Of a DNA stretch of 64,000 nucleotides, positions 37,836 to 48,133 are shown piece by piece. A model generated the notes under the pieces. It searched no databases and had not been told where the DNA came from. It worked only from the letters and a program-made list of their open reading frames with translations. The stretch's first letter is position 1. Each line of letters starts with the position of its first letter. Origin of the DNA: an uncultured virus (IMG/VR IMGVR_UViG_3300048762_000476). Lineage: Duplodnaviria > Heunggongvirae > Uroviricota > Caudoviricetes. Made by a program: the position numbers and the translations under genes. The stretch lies in the IMG/VR virus record IMGVR_UViG_3300048762_000476. One strand, written 5' to 3'.

Positions 37836-38021
37836 GTCGGTGCTCCTCTCTGTTCGGTGGCGGCTGTGCCGTTGGGCGTGTCGGGTCCTTTCGTCTCGGG
37901 TATCTGGTGTGGGTGTGGGTCAGGTGGCCCAGGAGGGTGCGATCCAGCTGAGGCGCTGGAGGAGCTTGCGGCTGGGTGGTTCGACTTCGCGGACGCTTGG
38001 CGCGGCGTCCGGTGTGGGGGC

Positions 38022-39152
38022 TCAGGCGGCGCGCGCGAACAGCGCGGGCGCGCGTGCTTCGGGCCAGATCTGCTCGCGCAACAGGCGCGCGGCGGTGAAC
38101 CGGATGGCGTTCGGGTTCAGATCGCCGGCGGTGATCCGCCGGTGCAGGAGATGGCAGGCGTTGACGATCTCGCCGCCGCCGGCCATCGGGTCGCACACGT
38201 GCTGGCCCGGGTTGGTGAACGTCGAGACCATCCGCTGGGTGAGCCGTGGCGGGAGCATCGTCGCGTAGCGGAGCAGGCCGGGCCGGTCCGCCCGGCCGTT
38301 GTCAACCCACATGTCGAGCGGGTACTGGCCGCCGGTTTTGGAGCGGCGCTGATCGGCGGGCGGGTTGAACACGCGGCGCGGGTGACGTAGCGAGCCGCGG
38401 CACATCACCGTGATCGTCCAGTGCGCTGGTGCGGGTCGCCGTTCGCTCTTGGCGACGAACTCTCGTTCGGCGACGATCGAACTGATCCAGGTGAGTCCTT
38501 GCTCCTCGGCGGCGATCTGGACGTGCGCTGCGGCCTGGGGGCCGGTGACGATTACGAGCTGCCCGCCGGGGCGAAGCACGCCGGCGGCGGCGGCGATCCA
38601 GTGGCGGGAGAACTGCAGGTAGCCTCCGCGCGGAACATCGATGTAGCCGCCGATGATCTTCGAGTGGTCGCGGGCGTAGTGGTGTTCGCGGGCGTCGATC
38701 GAGGCATCCCAGCGAAGCCCCCACGGCGGATCGGTGATCACCGCGTCGACTTCCTCCCCGAGGTCTTCGAGCAGTGAGACGGCGTCACGGACCTGCAGCT
38801 CGACCTCTTCCACCCGGCCATCCGCGGCGATGAGCACGAAGTGGCACGGCTGCCCGCCCTCCTGGTCGATCGCCCACACGGCGTAGTCGACCGGGCACGC
38901 GTTTCCGGCTAGGCGCTGGTTTGCCAGCCAGCAGCGGACCCGGTGCTTCCACTTCGGATCGTGCGGGTGGCGCGGCGAGGATGGCGCAAGGCCGTCGTTT
39001 CGCGCGATGTCCGCTTCATCGGCGACCTGCTCGTAGAGATCTTTGAGAGGGTGATCGCCGGCGCGCACCGTGCGAAGGACATCACCGATGCTGCGAAGCG
39101 GCCCGCTTTCAGGCTCGCGGGTGGGGAGCGCCGGTACGCGAGCGGTTTGCAT
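38022..39152 (-). CDS. Beta-class N4/N6 DNA methyltransferase with N-terminal winged-helix-like domain (376 aa)
   Basis: Start MQTARV (RBS GAGGAGG); ITDPPWG precedes VCDPMAGGG (beta order); VLRPGG. Confidence 0.85.
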   Translation of the reverse strand: MQTARVPALPTREPESGPLRSIGDVLRTVRAGDHPLKDLYEQVADEADIARNDGLAPSSPRHPHDPKWKHRVRCWLANQRLAGNACPVDYAVWAIDQEGGQPCHFVLIAADGRVEEVELQVRDAVSLLEDLGEEVDAVITDPPWGLRWDASIDAREHHYARDHSKIIGGYIDVPRGGYLQFSRHWIAAAAGVLRPGGQLVIVTGPQAAAHVQIAAEEQGLTWISSIVAEREFVAKSERRPAPAHWTITVMCRGSLRHPRRVFNPPADQRRSKTGGQYPLDMWVDNGRADRPGLLRYATMLPPRLTQRMVSTFTNPGQHVCDPMAGGGEIVNACHLLHRRITAGDLNPNAIRFTAARLLREQIWPEARAPALFARAA

Positions 39153-39262
39153 AAATGCCTCCTCGTCGGCGCAGGGGCCGCCACGCAACGGGACGGCCCG
39201 GGTTGGCAGGGTCTGGCTTCTGCGCTTGAAGGAGACGCGCCAAGTTCTCTCGCGCGATCCCC

Positions 39263-41275
39263 TCAGAAGTCGATCTGGTCCGAGGCATCGATCACGCAGC
39301 CGTCGCGGCCGTCCAGCACGGAGCCGACCGTCGCATCGGGTGAGGCGATCGCTGCCGCCTGCTCATCAACGCACGCCGGCTCACCGTTGGAGGTATCGGC
39401 GCCGGCCGTCTGGGTTGAGGGCTCGCCGCTCGACCCGCTCTCGGTGGCGAGCTCGTCTAGGCCTGCCGCAAGAGTGCCGGCGGGCGCTAGCTCGATCTCC
39501 CCGTTCGGTGCCGGCTCGCCGCTGGCGTCGGGTCCGCCCTGGTCGCCCACAGACGACGCTTTGGCTGGCGGGCGCTCAGCCTCGCTGGTGTCGTCCTGTC
39601 CTTCGATGATCTGGCGGCTGTCGGCGTCGTACTCTGCCTTGGCCTTCGCGATTGCTCGCTCGAGTGCCTTGAGCTGGGGGGCGATGTGCGGGCCGGCGAG
39701 TTTCTCCAGAACCTTGACCGAGGTGTCCTTGTGCGAGGGCCACCGCAGCGGCTTGTGCTGCTGGCTTGCTGGCAGCACCAGCCGGGAGGCGTAGTGCTCG
39801 GCGGCGATCACGACGAGCGCCCGCCCGTAGAGGTCCCCAGCGGTCCTGGCGCCATCGAGGTACTTCCACAGCCAGTGCGCCTGCTCGGTGTGCTCGCGCC
39901 CTTCCCCGTAGGTGATGCGCAGAACGCCGGCGCTGCCGTCCTGCTTGGTTTTGGTGACGTCCTCGCGGAAGTCGCTGATGACCAGCCGGATGCCGCGCAG
40001 CGCGATCGCCGATACGGGGTTGTCGAGGTTGTAGCTGTTGGTGGTGTCGGCACCGAGCAGGGCGTAGACGAAGAACCGCGCGACCTTGATGTCGGAGGGG
40101 TCGATGACCGACAGCCCGTGGCGCAGCGAGTCTCCGAGGTCGAGGTTGGCAGCGTGCGCGCTGGCGGCGAAGCTCCGCATCGCGGCGCGGTGCGCGCGTT
40201 CGAGCTCGCTCAGCTCGTCAGGTTCTGACTCTTGTGTGCCGGTCGGCGTGTTGGGCTGCTCGGCTTTGTCGGCAGCCGCTTCCTCCTCTCGTTCTGAGAT
40301 TCGATCTCTGAGTGCTTCGGTCCCGTGGGCGATTGCGGTGGCGCAAAGCTCCTGGTAGAGGGCGAAGTCTGTTACCAGCGGCGCCTCCTGGCCGTACTCG
40401 AGCAGCACCCCAGCTGCCCTGGCGCGGTCAACCTCGGCCTCGCTGAAGCGGAACTGTGGTGGCTGAAACCATCCGAGGAGCTGGTGATTGAGCTTTGTCG
40501 CCTCGTCGATGAGAGCGAGAGTCTGCTCGTCGAGCTGCAATGCGTCGATCTGTTGCACGGGCACCGCGGAGAGCGCAGCGAGAAACACCTCGTCGCTCTC
40601 AGAGTCCTCGACGGCGAGAGCAAGCAACTCCAGCGGGCGGGTTGCGAGATCGTCGACCTCCAGTTCGCCTTGGCCTTCGCGTTCGTATTCACGCATGAAG
40701 TCGAGCAGCGTCTCCAGCAGCGCCGGGTTCGCGTGCGTGATGGTGCGCATCGCCTCGACGGCCGACAGCGCGATCGTGCCGTTGCCGACGAGCTGCTGCG
40801 CACGCTCGGGCAATTCGAGTAGCTTCACGCGCGCCGTGACGCGCCGCTGGTCCCAATCGAGCACTTCCGCGATGCCGGCCACGGTTTTGCCGCTGTCGAG
40901 CATTTTCTTCACGGCTGTGGCCTCCTGGTAGGGGTTCAGCCGCTTCTTCATGATGTTCTCGATCGCGCGATCGGTGTCTTGTTCCTCGGGATCGCCGTAA
41001 GACCCGGGGATCATCTCGAGTCCCTCGAGCCGGGCCGCTCGCTCGCGGTGAAAGCCGACGATCAGAACGTGGTCGAAGCCATTTCCATGCACTGCCGGAT
41101 CAGCATCGATGACCTTGACCGCTTCGAGGACCTTCCCGCGCGCGCGGATCGAGCGGCGCAGGGATTGGACCCACTCCTCGTCGTACTCGCGAATGTTGTT
41201 GTCGGGAACGAACAGCCGGTCCAAGCGGATTTGCAGGCTGCCGGTGTCCGATATGGCTGATGTGGCTGCAGACAT
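39263..41275 (-). CDS. ParB/RepB/Spo0J-family protein with long C-terminus (670 aa)
   Basis: Start MSAATS (RBS GAGAGGA); N.R, L..SIRARG, LIVGFHRERAA, ENI.KKRLNPYQEA, HTH and LLELPE. Confidence 0.83.
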   Translation of the reverse strand: MSAATSAISDTGSLQIRLDRLFVPDNNIREYDEEWVQSLRRSIRARGKVLEAVKVIDADPAVHGNGFDHVLIVGFHRERAARLEGLEMIPGSYGDPEEQDTDRAIENIMKKRLNPYQEATAVKKMLDSGKTVAGIAEVLDWDQRRVTARVKLLELPERAQQLVGNGTIALSAVEAMRTITHANPALLETLLDFMREYEREGQGELEVDDLATRPLELLALAVEDSESDEVFLAALSAVPVQQIDALQLDEQTLALIDEATKLNHQLLGWFQPPQFRFSEAEVDRARAAGVLLEYGQEAPLVTDFALYQELCATAIAHGTEALRDRISEREEEAAADKAEQPNTPTGTQESEPDELSELERAHRAAMRSFAASAHAANLDLGDSLRHGLSVIDPSDIKVARFFVYALLGADTTNSYNLDNPVSAIALRGIRLVISDFREDVTKTKQDGSAGVLRITYGEGREHTEQAHWLWKYLDGARTAGDLYGRALVVIAAEHYASRLVLPASQQHKPLRWPSHKDTSVKVLEKLAGPHIAPQLKALERAIAKAKAEYDADSRQIIEGQDDTSEAERPPAKASSVGDQGGPDASGEPAPNGEIELAPAGTLAAGLDELATESGSSGEPSTQTAGADTSNGEPACVDEQAAAIASPDATVGSVLDGRDGCVIDASDQIDF

Positions 41276-41396
41276 GTGTGTGTCCTCTCTTCGTGGATAG
41301 GTGTCGCTGGCGACCGGCCCTCGCGGGTCGATCACCCTGGGGCTCACGCCCTACCGGGGTGGCGTGCGCGAGCGCGGTCTGCGCCTCGCGTTGGCG

Positions 41397-44300
41397 TTAG
41401 GCGGCGAGGGCGTCTGAGGCGAGCACGCCAACGGGTGCCGCGATCGCCTCCTCGGTCTCTGTGGTGCCCGCCGAGCCGGGTGTGGCTGCGAGCTCTAGTT
41501 CGTGGGCCTTCTTGGCGAGTTCAGCTTCGACCGCTGCGAGCCGCGCGCGTGCTTGCTCGAGGGCGTCGGCGTGCTTGAACGGGGCGCCGATCGCGCTTTC
41601 GGCGCGCTGGCGCTCTGCCTTAGCCGCGGCCTTGGCGGCTACGGTCTTCGTATGCAACGTGTCGAGGCCGTTCAGGCGAGCCTCAAGCTGGCGAATGAGC
41701 GTCAGCGGTTCGCTGCGCACGTCCTTGAGCGGGCCATGCGCGCGCGGGCACGGCAGCCCGTCGAAGCCGGCGAAGACCTCGGGACCAACATTGAAACTGC
41801 TGCCGTGGCGGACGAGGACGGAGATATCGAGCCCGCCGAGGCGCCCGATCTTTCGGGCTTCCTGCCCGCGGGGCTGTTTCCTTATGAGTTCGACGAGCGC
41901 GGCGGCGGCGTCGGCGCGCTTGGTGTACCTGCTGCCGTCGAGGGTCATCGAGAACTTCTCTGCGCGCGTGTCGGTCGCTCGCTCGATCACGCTGTCGATC
42001 GCGGCGACTTCACGCTCCAGGCGCGCCAGCGCTTCGGTGAGCCCGCTCACGTTCATCACCAACGCGGACTGGTTGTTGCGATGTGCGCGCTGCAGGCGCT
42101 GTAGCCGGGTGAGCTCAGCGCTCACCGTTGCCTGCTCGAGGATCAGCGTGTCGCCGGCGGCGAGCGCCTTGACCTCGGCGAACGACAGCGTGTTATCGCC
42201 GATGTCCTCGATCGAGCGCAGGTCCAAGCGGCCCCGCATCACCTGGCCTATGAACCGCGCCTTACGCTCGACGGTCTGCCAGCTGTAGGCATCGAATGAG
42301 CCCTCGACGACGTAGCGGTAGATCCGCACACCCGAGTTCTGGTTGCCTTGGCGCAGAATCCGTCCCTCGCGCTGTTGGATGTCGGCGGGCCGCCAGGGGC
42401 AGTCGATGTGGTGCAGCGCGATTGCACGGGTCTGGATGTTGGTCCCGACCCCCATCTTCTCGGTCGAGCCGAGCAGGACCGCCACTTGGCCTGAGCGGCA
42501 CGCCTCGAACAGCCGGGCCTTCTCGGTGTCGTTCTTGGCTTCGTGAACGAACCGCACCTTCTCCCTGGGCACGCCGCGGGCGACGAGCAGGCGTCGCAGC
42601 TCGTCGTAGGCGTTCCACTTGTTGCGGTCGGGGGTTGAGAGGTCGCAGAAGACGAACTGCAGCGACCCGAGTGTCGGGTGGTAGACGTCGGTTCCGGGGA
42701 TCCGGTAGGCGACGTTGCGGGTGATCCCGTAGATCCGCGCGATGTTCTCGGCGACAACGTCGAGCTTGCACACGCCTTTGACGGGCACTCCTGCGCCGAC
42801 GAGCCGCATGTCCAGCGCGGCCTTGCGGCCGTCGGTGGAGATCAGCAGCATGTTGTCCTCGTGCGGGTCGACTCCGCCTTCCTTGACCTTCTCGGCCCGC
42901 TCGGCGAGCTCCTGTAGGTATGCGGTGACCTCCGGTGGCGCGGGGATCACGATGGGTTCGGCGAGCCGCTCCCCGTCGGGGCGAGGCTTCAGCGGTGGTG
43001 CTGGCAGCTGGAGATCCTCGGCGGTCTTGACGTCCGCTGCGAGGTGCCAGGCGCGCAACATCTCCGGCACGTTCTGAAAGCGTGCGAAGCGTGTCTTGAG
43101 CTGGTAGGTGCCGCCGGCGGTGACGGCCATCTCCATTTGGGTGGTCGTTTCGGCGAATGTGGCTGCCCACGTGTCGAAGTGCTCGACACCTGCGGCCTCG
43201 AGCAGATCGGGGCGCAGATAGCGGCACATGACGTGCGCCTCGGTGACGCTGTTGGCGATCGGTGTGGCTGTGGCGAACGTGGTCACCCGCTCGCCGCGTT
43301 CGCGGCGCAGATATTCGATCTTCATGTGCAGGTCGGTCGCGCGCTTTGAACCGGCGATCGCGGCGCCGGGGATGTTGCTGGGCGTCGCGAGGTTCTTGTA
43401 GGCGTGCGCCTCGTCGAGGAACAGATAGTCGCTCGCCGTCTCCTCGAAGGTGAGTCCTGTGTCAACGACGCTGTCGAGTCGCCGCTTGAGGGCTGCCTCG
43501 GCCCGGGCGACCATCCGCTCCAGTTTCTTGACGGTCAGTTTCGCGCCGCGGTTGCTCTGCTCGTCGAGTTGAGCGCGGATCGCATCGAGCTCGCGCTGCA
43601 GGTAGGCGCGCTGAACGGTCGCGCTGACACCGAGCCGCTCGAACGCGCTGCGCGTCATGATGATCCCGTCCCAGTCGTTGGCGAGGGCTCGCGCGATGAA
43701 CTGGCGGCGGTTGTCTTTCGCCAGATCTTCTGTGCTTGCGGCGAGTACCTTGGCGAGCGGGTAGAGCTGTAGCCACTCGCGGGCGAACTGCTCGAGCATG
43801 TGGTTGGGGACAACCACCACGGGCTTGTTCACCAGCACCAGCCGGCGCAGCTCGTGGGCGGCGATGACCATCGCCGCGGTCTTGCCGGCGCCAACTTCGT
43901 GAAAGAGCCCGACCGCGGGCTCGCTGATGATCCGCGCGATGGCGGTGCGCTGGTGGGTGCTGGGGAGGAATGACTCCGCCAGTCCGGGCAGGCTGAGCGC
44001 CTTGCCGAGCACGGAGTAGTCGCGCAACACGAGGCTGTTGAAGCGAGTGTTGTACTCGGCCAGCAGCGCGCTGGCGCGCTCGGGGTCCTCCCAGCACCAC
44101 TCGCCAAAGCGCCGCTGCATCGCGGCTGCCTTCTCTTGGGCACCAGCTGTCTCATCGGGGTTGACGATGTAGCGATCGCTGTCCGGGACGGGGTCCTTCA
44201 CGACGATCGGCTTCTGCTGAAGCAGCGCCAGTGCGATCTCCGGGGCGGGCATCCGCTGCGTCCCCCACTCCGACTGTGCGAGGGTGCCGTAGCCGCGGGC

Positions 44301-46445
44301 CTGTACGCCCCAGAGGTTGCCGCCGCCGTACTCGACGATGGCGTTGGGGTCGTCCAGTAGCTCAGAGAGGAACTGCTGGTGAACGGTGTCTGAGATCCAG
44401 ACTGCGCCCATTTTTGCGTCGACCTCGTCGGCGCCGAGCGGGAGCGGGAGGACCTGCTCGAGGGCCGCGGCGTTGACCTCAAAGCGCGGGTCAACGGCGG
44501 TAGCCTCGCGTGCGCGGGCGAGCTTGACGGCGACGTTGCCTGACAGGTACTCGGCGGCTGCGAGGAGTTCCTCGCTGCCGGGGTCTTCATAGACGAGGTC
44601 GCCGAGCGCGCAGCGGGCGTCCTGCGGGGTGAGGCCGAGCAGCTGTGCGACTGTGTTCAGATCGACCCGTCCGAGCTGGTCGTAGCAGACGGCCAGCGCA
44701 TCCTCGGGAGTCGTGACCGAGCGAGTACGCGGGCGATCGCGCAGGACGCGCCGGCGCAGAAGGTCTGCCTGCGTGGCGGTCTGGGTGTCGTCGTCGAAGA
44801 CCTCGAGGCTGAGCACCAGCGGCCCAAGCGGGTCGCGCATCAGCAGGCGCACCGTGCGGGGATAGCTGCGGCGGACGATCGGCTCGCCCGTGTCGGGGTC
44901 CGCGCGCCCGGTGGGATGTGTCGCATAGCGATTGATCGGGCCATAGGTGCGCCGGTAGCGCTCATAGCTCTCACGCAGTCGCGCTCGCAGCTGGTCAAGG
45001 TGTGCCGGGTCGGCGAGGTGCGCCGCTTCCTCTGCCAACAGAGCGCTGGCCTGATCGCGTAGCGTCAACAGCAGGCGCATCTCGCGCGCAGCGCTCTTGG
45101 GGACCGCGAGCGGCTGCAGGGTTGAGTCGATCACCTCGGCGAACCCCCCGCCGGTGAGGGTGAGGATGTGCCCGTCCCACTGCTCGCAGAGGTCCACTAC
45201 GACCGGCTCGCTCCCGGCCGCCCAGTCGGGCGCTGTAGCTTCGCCGTCCACGGGTCCGGTTGCTGTGCTGGGAAGATCGGGCGAGTGCTCGGGCCCCACG
45301 TTCTCCTTTGCGAGGGCCGTGATCGCGGCGTAGAGCGCCTCGGGGGAGCTGTCGCCGCTGACGTCGAGGGTTGGGCCGTAGCCGCTGGAGGTCACGGCGA
45401 GCGCTCCCGTGACGTGCTCGGGGTGCTCGACGAAGTAACGGTTGACCAGTAGCTCCTCACCATCGATCACCGTCGCGACGACGTCAGCCCAGGACACCCG
45501 GGCTGGTGGCTCCTCGGTGCCGCGGCGACGCAGGACCACGAGATCGGTGATCACGTCGGTGCCTGCAACGCGGCGGTGAGCGCGGCTTGGCAGGCGCACG
45601 GCGGCGATGAGGTCGGCCATCTCCGCCATCTCCCGCCGCGCCTCGCTGCCGCGCGAGTCCAGGGTGAAGCGGCTGGTGAGCGCCACGAGCAGTCCGCCGG
45701 GTGCGAGCAGCGCGAGGCTCTTCAGGAGGAAGTGGTTGTGGATCGAGTGGCGGCCCTTGTTGTGGACGGGGTCATAGAGCGCGACGTCACCGAAGGGCAT
45801 GTTGCCGATCACCAAATCGAAGCTCCCCTCCGCCAGGTGAACGTCGGCGAAAGAGCCGGTGCGGATCGTCGCGTTGGGGTGAAGCGCCCGGGCGACAGTG
45901 GCCGTGGTTGGGTCAAGCTCGACACCGACGACGCTCACACCCTCTGGCGCTCGAGCGATGAACACTCCGGCGCCGCAGCCCGGCTCAAGCACGCGCCCGC
46001 CGGGAAACAACAGTCGCCGCGCGAGCTCCCACATCGCGTCGGCGATCAGCGGATGGGTGTAGTGCGCATTCAGCGTCGAGCGTCGCGCCGCCGAATAGCC
46101 GCCCTCACCGAGCAATGCGAGCAGCTGCTTGCGCTGCGCGCTAAAGCGGACGTCGTTGTCGTCGAAGAACTCGGGGACCGCTCCCCAGCCCGCCCAGCGC
46201 GAGAGCACCGTGCGCTCCTGCGCGCTCGCCGTGCGGTCCTCGCGGGCCAGCTCCTCGAGCAGCCCAATGACGGCGAGGTTGTGGTTGATGCGAGCGACGG
46301 GTGACGCCGGCGGCAGCGGCGGGTCGCTGCCGTTGACCGCCTTCGGTGACGCTGCTGGTCCAGGTGGGATCGGGGCTACGGACTCCCCGACGAACGAAAA
46401 CAGGCTCTCTTGAGGCAAGTGTGACTCCTTTGTGACGAAGGCCAA
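41397..46445 (-). CDS. DarB-like DNA methyltransferase / SF2 (SNF2-type) helicase fusion (1682 aa); start uncertain
   Basis: STLNAHYT, VLEPGCGAG, IGNMPF, HEVGAGKT, DEAH.YKN, ATATPIANS, G.GTNIQ, PWRP.D..QREGR..RQGN. Confidence 0.9.
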   Translation of the reverse strand: MAFVTKESHLPQESLFSFVGESVAPIPPGPAASPKAVNGSDPPLPPASPVARINHNLAVIGLLEELAREDRTASAQERTVLSRWAGWGAVPEFFDDNDVRFSAQRKQLLALLGEGGYSAARRSTLNAHYTHPLIADAMWELARRLLFPGGRVLEPGCGAGVFIARAPEGVSVVGVELDPTTATVARALHPNATIRTGSFADVHLAEGSFDLVIGNMPFGDVALYDPVHNKGRHSIHNHFLLKSLALLAPGGLLVALTSRFTLDSRGSEARREMAEMADLIAAVRLPSRAHRRVAGTDVITDLVVLRRRGTEEPPARVSWADVVATVIDGEELLVNRYFVEHPEHVTGALAVTSSGYGPTLDVSGDSSPEALYAAITALAKENVGPEHSPDLPSTATGPVDGEATAPDWAAGSEPVVVDLCEQWDGHILTLTGGGFAEVIDSTLQPLAVPKSAAREMRLLLTLRDQASALLAEEAAHLADPAHLDQLRARLRESYERYRRTYGPINRYATHPTGRADPDTGEPIVRRSYPRTVRLLMRDPLGPLVLSLEVFDDDTQTATQADLLRRRVLRDRPRTRSVTTPEDALAVCYDQLGRVDLNTVAQLLGLTPQDARCALGDLVYEDPGSEELLAAAEYLSGNVAVKLARAREATAVDPRFEVNAAALEQVLPLPLGADEVDAKMGAVWISDTVHQQFLSELLDDPNAIVEYGGGNLWGVQARGYGTLAQSEWGTQRMPAPEIALALLQQKPIVVKDPVPDSDRYIVNPDETAGAQEKAAAMQRRFGEWCWEDPERASALLAEYNTRFNSLVLRDYSVLGKALSLPGLAESFLPSTHQRTAIARIISEPAVGLFHEVGAGKTAAMVIAAHELRRLVLVNKPVVVVPNHMLEQFAREWLQLYPLAKVLAASTEDLAKDNRRQFIARALANDWDGIIMTRSAFERLGVSATVQRAYLQRELDAIRAQLDEQSNRGAKLTVKKLERMVARAEAALKRRLDSVVDTGLTFEETASDYLFLDEAHAYKNLATPSNIPGAAIAGSKRATDLHMKIEYLRRERGERVTTFATATPIANSVTEAHVMCRYLRPDLLEAAGVEHFDTWAATFAETTTQMEMAVTAGGTYQLKTRFARFQNVPEMLRAWHLAADVKTAEDLQLPAPPLKPRPDGERLAEPIVIPAPPEVTAYLQELAERAEKVKEGGVDPHEDNMLLISTDGRKAALDMRLVGAGVPVKGVCKLDVVAENIARIYGITRNVAYRIPGTDVYHPTLGSLQFVFCDLSTPDRNKWNAYDELRRLLVARGVPREKVRFVHEAKNDTEKARLFEACRSGQVAVLLGSTEKMGVGTNIQTRAIALHHIDCPWRPADIQQREGRILRQGNQNSGVRIYRYVVEGSFDAYSWQTVERKARFIGQVMRGRLDLRSIEDIGDNTLSFAEVKALAAGDTLILEQATVSAELTRLQRLQRAHRNNQSALVMNVSGLTEALARLEREVAAIDSVIERATDTRAEKFSMTLDGSRYTKRADAAAALVELIRKQPRGQEARKIGRLGGLDISVLVRHGSSFNVGPEVFAGFDGLPCPRAHGPLKDVRSEPLTLIRQLEARLNGLDTLHTKTVAAKAAAKAERQRAESAIGAPFKHADALEQARARLAAVEAELAKKAHELELAATPGSAGTTETEEAIAAPVGVLASDALAA

Positions 46446-46560
46446 AGACCCGCGCGCGAGGGGTGACCGGGCGGGTCACCTCCGAGGCGTGCGCTGGGTC
46501 GGGCCCGTGCCCGCCAGGGGGCAGGCACGCGCCGGTGCTGCGAGAAGCCGCGCGTGCGGC

Positions 46561-47139
46561 TTAGGTGTGTGCGGGGTGAAGCGAGCGCCAGATGAGCACG
46601 GGGCGCGTGTGGTTCATTCCCCGGCGTGAGCGCTGGTGACGGCCGCTGCTCGTGATGAGTCCTTGGGACTCCGCGCGCTTGAACGCGTGCCCGACGAGCC
46701 GCGACTCGCGCGGCGGGTGCTCCATGTACTCCCACAGATCATCAGCGGTGATCTCCACCTTGCGTTCGACGAGCCAGGCAATCTTCTCCACCGCTGCTTC
46801 GCGCCAGATCCGGTCGGCCTCGCGCGCGGCGCGCGTGAGCTCCTCGGGATCCACGTAGGCGCTCGCGCGCGCGGCAGGGATCGTCAGCGCCTCGCACACC
46901 AAACCGGCCGGGGTTCGCCACACGTCCTCGCAGTCAAGCTCGGCGAGCAGCGCTCTGTCAGGCGCGAGCAACTGGCGGCCAACGAGCGCGACAAGCGTTT
47001 GGTTCCCGGCGCCCGGCTCAGCTACGACGATCCTGGATGCCGCGCAGGGCCGATGCTCGTCGGCGTTGGCCGCAGGCTCCTCGATCGCCGCGACCGGGGC
47101 GACGGTTGCGGCGGATGGGTCAGTGTCAAAGAGGCGCAT
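46561..47139 (-). CDS. Hypothetical protein with C-terminal wHTH-like T.DD...W.S domain, paralogue 1 (192 aa)
   Basis: Start MRLFD; W..AA.....EITADDLW...GLI...PVLIWRSL; similar to 52025 and 52519. Confidence 0.72.
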   Translation of the reverse strand: MRLFDTDPSAATVAPVAAIEEPAANADEHRPCAASRIVVAEPGAGNQTLVALVGRQLLAPDRALLAELDCEDVWRTPAGLVCEALTIPAARASAYVDPEELTRAAREADRIWREAAVEKIAWLVERKVEITADDLWEYMEHPPRESRLVGHAFKRAESQGLITSSGRHQRSRRGMNHTRPVLIWRSLHPAHT

Positions 47140-47200
47140 CAGCTCGCCCCGCCTTCGACCGCGGCCCGTTGGCGCCGACGATGGGGTGCGGTGCTCGCGC

Positions 47201-48022
47201 TCATGCTGCCCGCCTCGCGGGTTGCGCCGCACCGCGGCCGGCGCGCCGCTCGGCGAGCTCGTCGCGTTCACGGCGCCGGCGGGCGAGGATCTCCTTGAGG
47301 TTCGCTGGCCGGTGGCCCGGGAGGAAGTACGCCCACACTCCGTCAGGGTGGCTCCCGGTGCGCGAACCGTTCTGCCACGTGCCCGGGCCACCCCACGGCT
47401 TGCAGTCGCGCAGGCGGACCCATCCGTCTGTCCGGTAGATGTGGCCTTCGCTGCCCGGGAGCTGATAGGTGACGAGCGCGACCTTCGTCGTCTCGGGGTA
47501 GTACGGCCAGTAGGTGGCCGCGAGGAACTCGCGCCACAGGCGCAGCATCACGCGCAGGGACCCCGCGGCAGCGGGGCCGTCTGAGCGGCACAGACGAGTG
47601 AGCTCGATGACGTTGCGGCGGTGAAGGCCGAGCTCCGCATCGACGCTCGCCGAGACGGTGCTGCCGGCGGTCGCCAGCGCGATTGGCTCGCCTTTGACGA
47701 AAAGCGCGAACGCGTGGTAGCCGAACGGACGCGACTCCCGCCCAAGCGGGCTCCAAGCGCCGGCGAGGACGTTCGCCTCCTTTCGCGTGAGCTGACGGAT
47801 CTCGATCGCCGGCGAGCGGCCATCGCGGGTGCGCCGGTCGCTCTCAGCCCAAAGGTCACGCTGAGGCCAAAGCACTCCAGGGATCTGCGCCTGACCACCA
47901 TCGGGAAGCGCGACCGTGATCATCGCCGGTGCGGTCGCGACGAGCAACGGGATCGCCCGTGGGTCGAACAGGGGTGGTGCGTCGCCGGTCGGCGGCACGA
48001 CCGAAAGTGTCGGTCGAGTCAT
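47201..48022 (-). CDS. Mom/XF1762-like GNAT-fold DNA-modifying protein
   Basis: LT.KEAN, IELTRLC, LVTY....EGHIYRTDGW, matching the Mom-family pattern E(L/V).RL...TY...E.G..Y.A.GW. Confidence 0.68.
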   Translation of the reverse strand: MTRPTLSVVPPTGDAPPLFDPRAIPLLVATAPAMITVALPDGGQAQIPGVLWPQRDLWAESDRRTRDGRSPAIEIRQLTRKEANVLAGAWSPLGRESRPFGYHAFALFVKGEPIALATAGSTVSASVDAELGLHRRNVIELTRLCRSDGPAAAGSLRVMLRLWREFLAATYWPYYPETTKVALVTYQLPGSEGHIYRTDGWVRLRDCKPWGGPGTWQNGSRTGSHPDGVWAYFLPGHRPANLKEILARRRRERDELAERRAGRGAAQPARRAA

Positions 48023-48133
48023 GTGAAGGTCTCCTTGTTTGAGAGGGGTGGCCGCCGCCCAGGCGGGCGGTGTGGCCGCGGGTTCGGCTGCGGGCGGGAG
48101 CGCGGCGGGCCGTCTCCGTCTTCTGGCGGCGCG

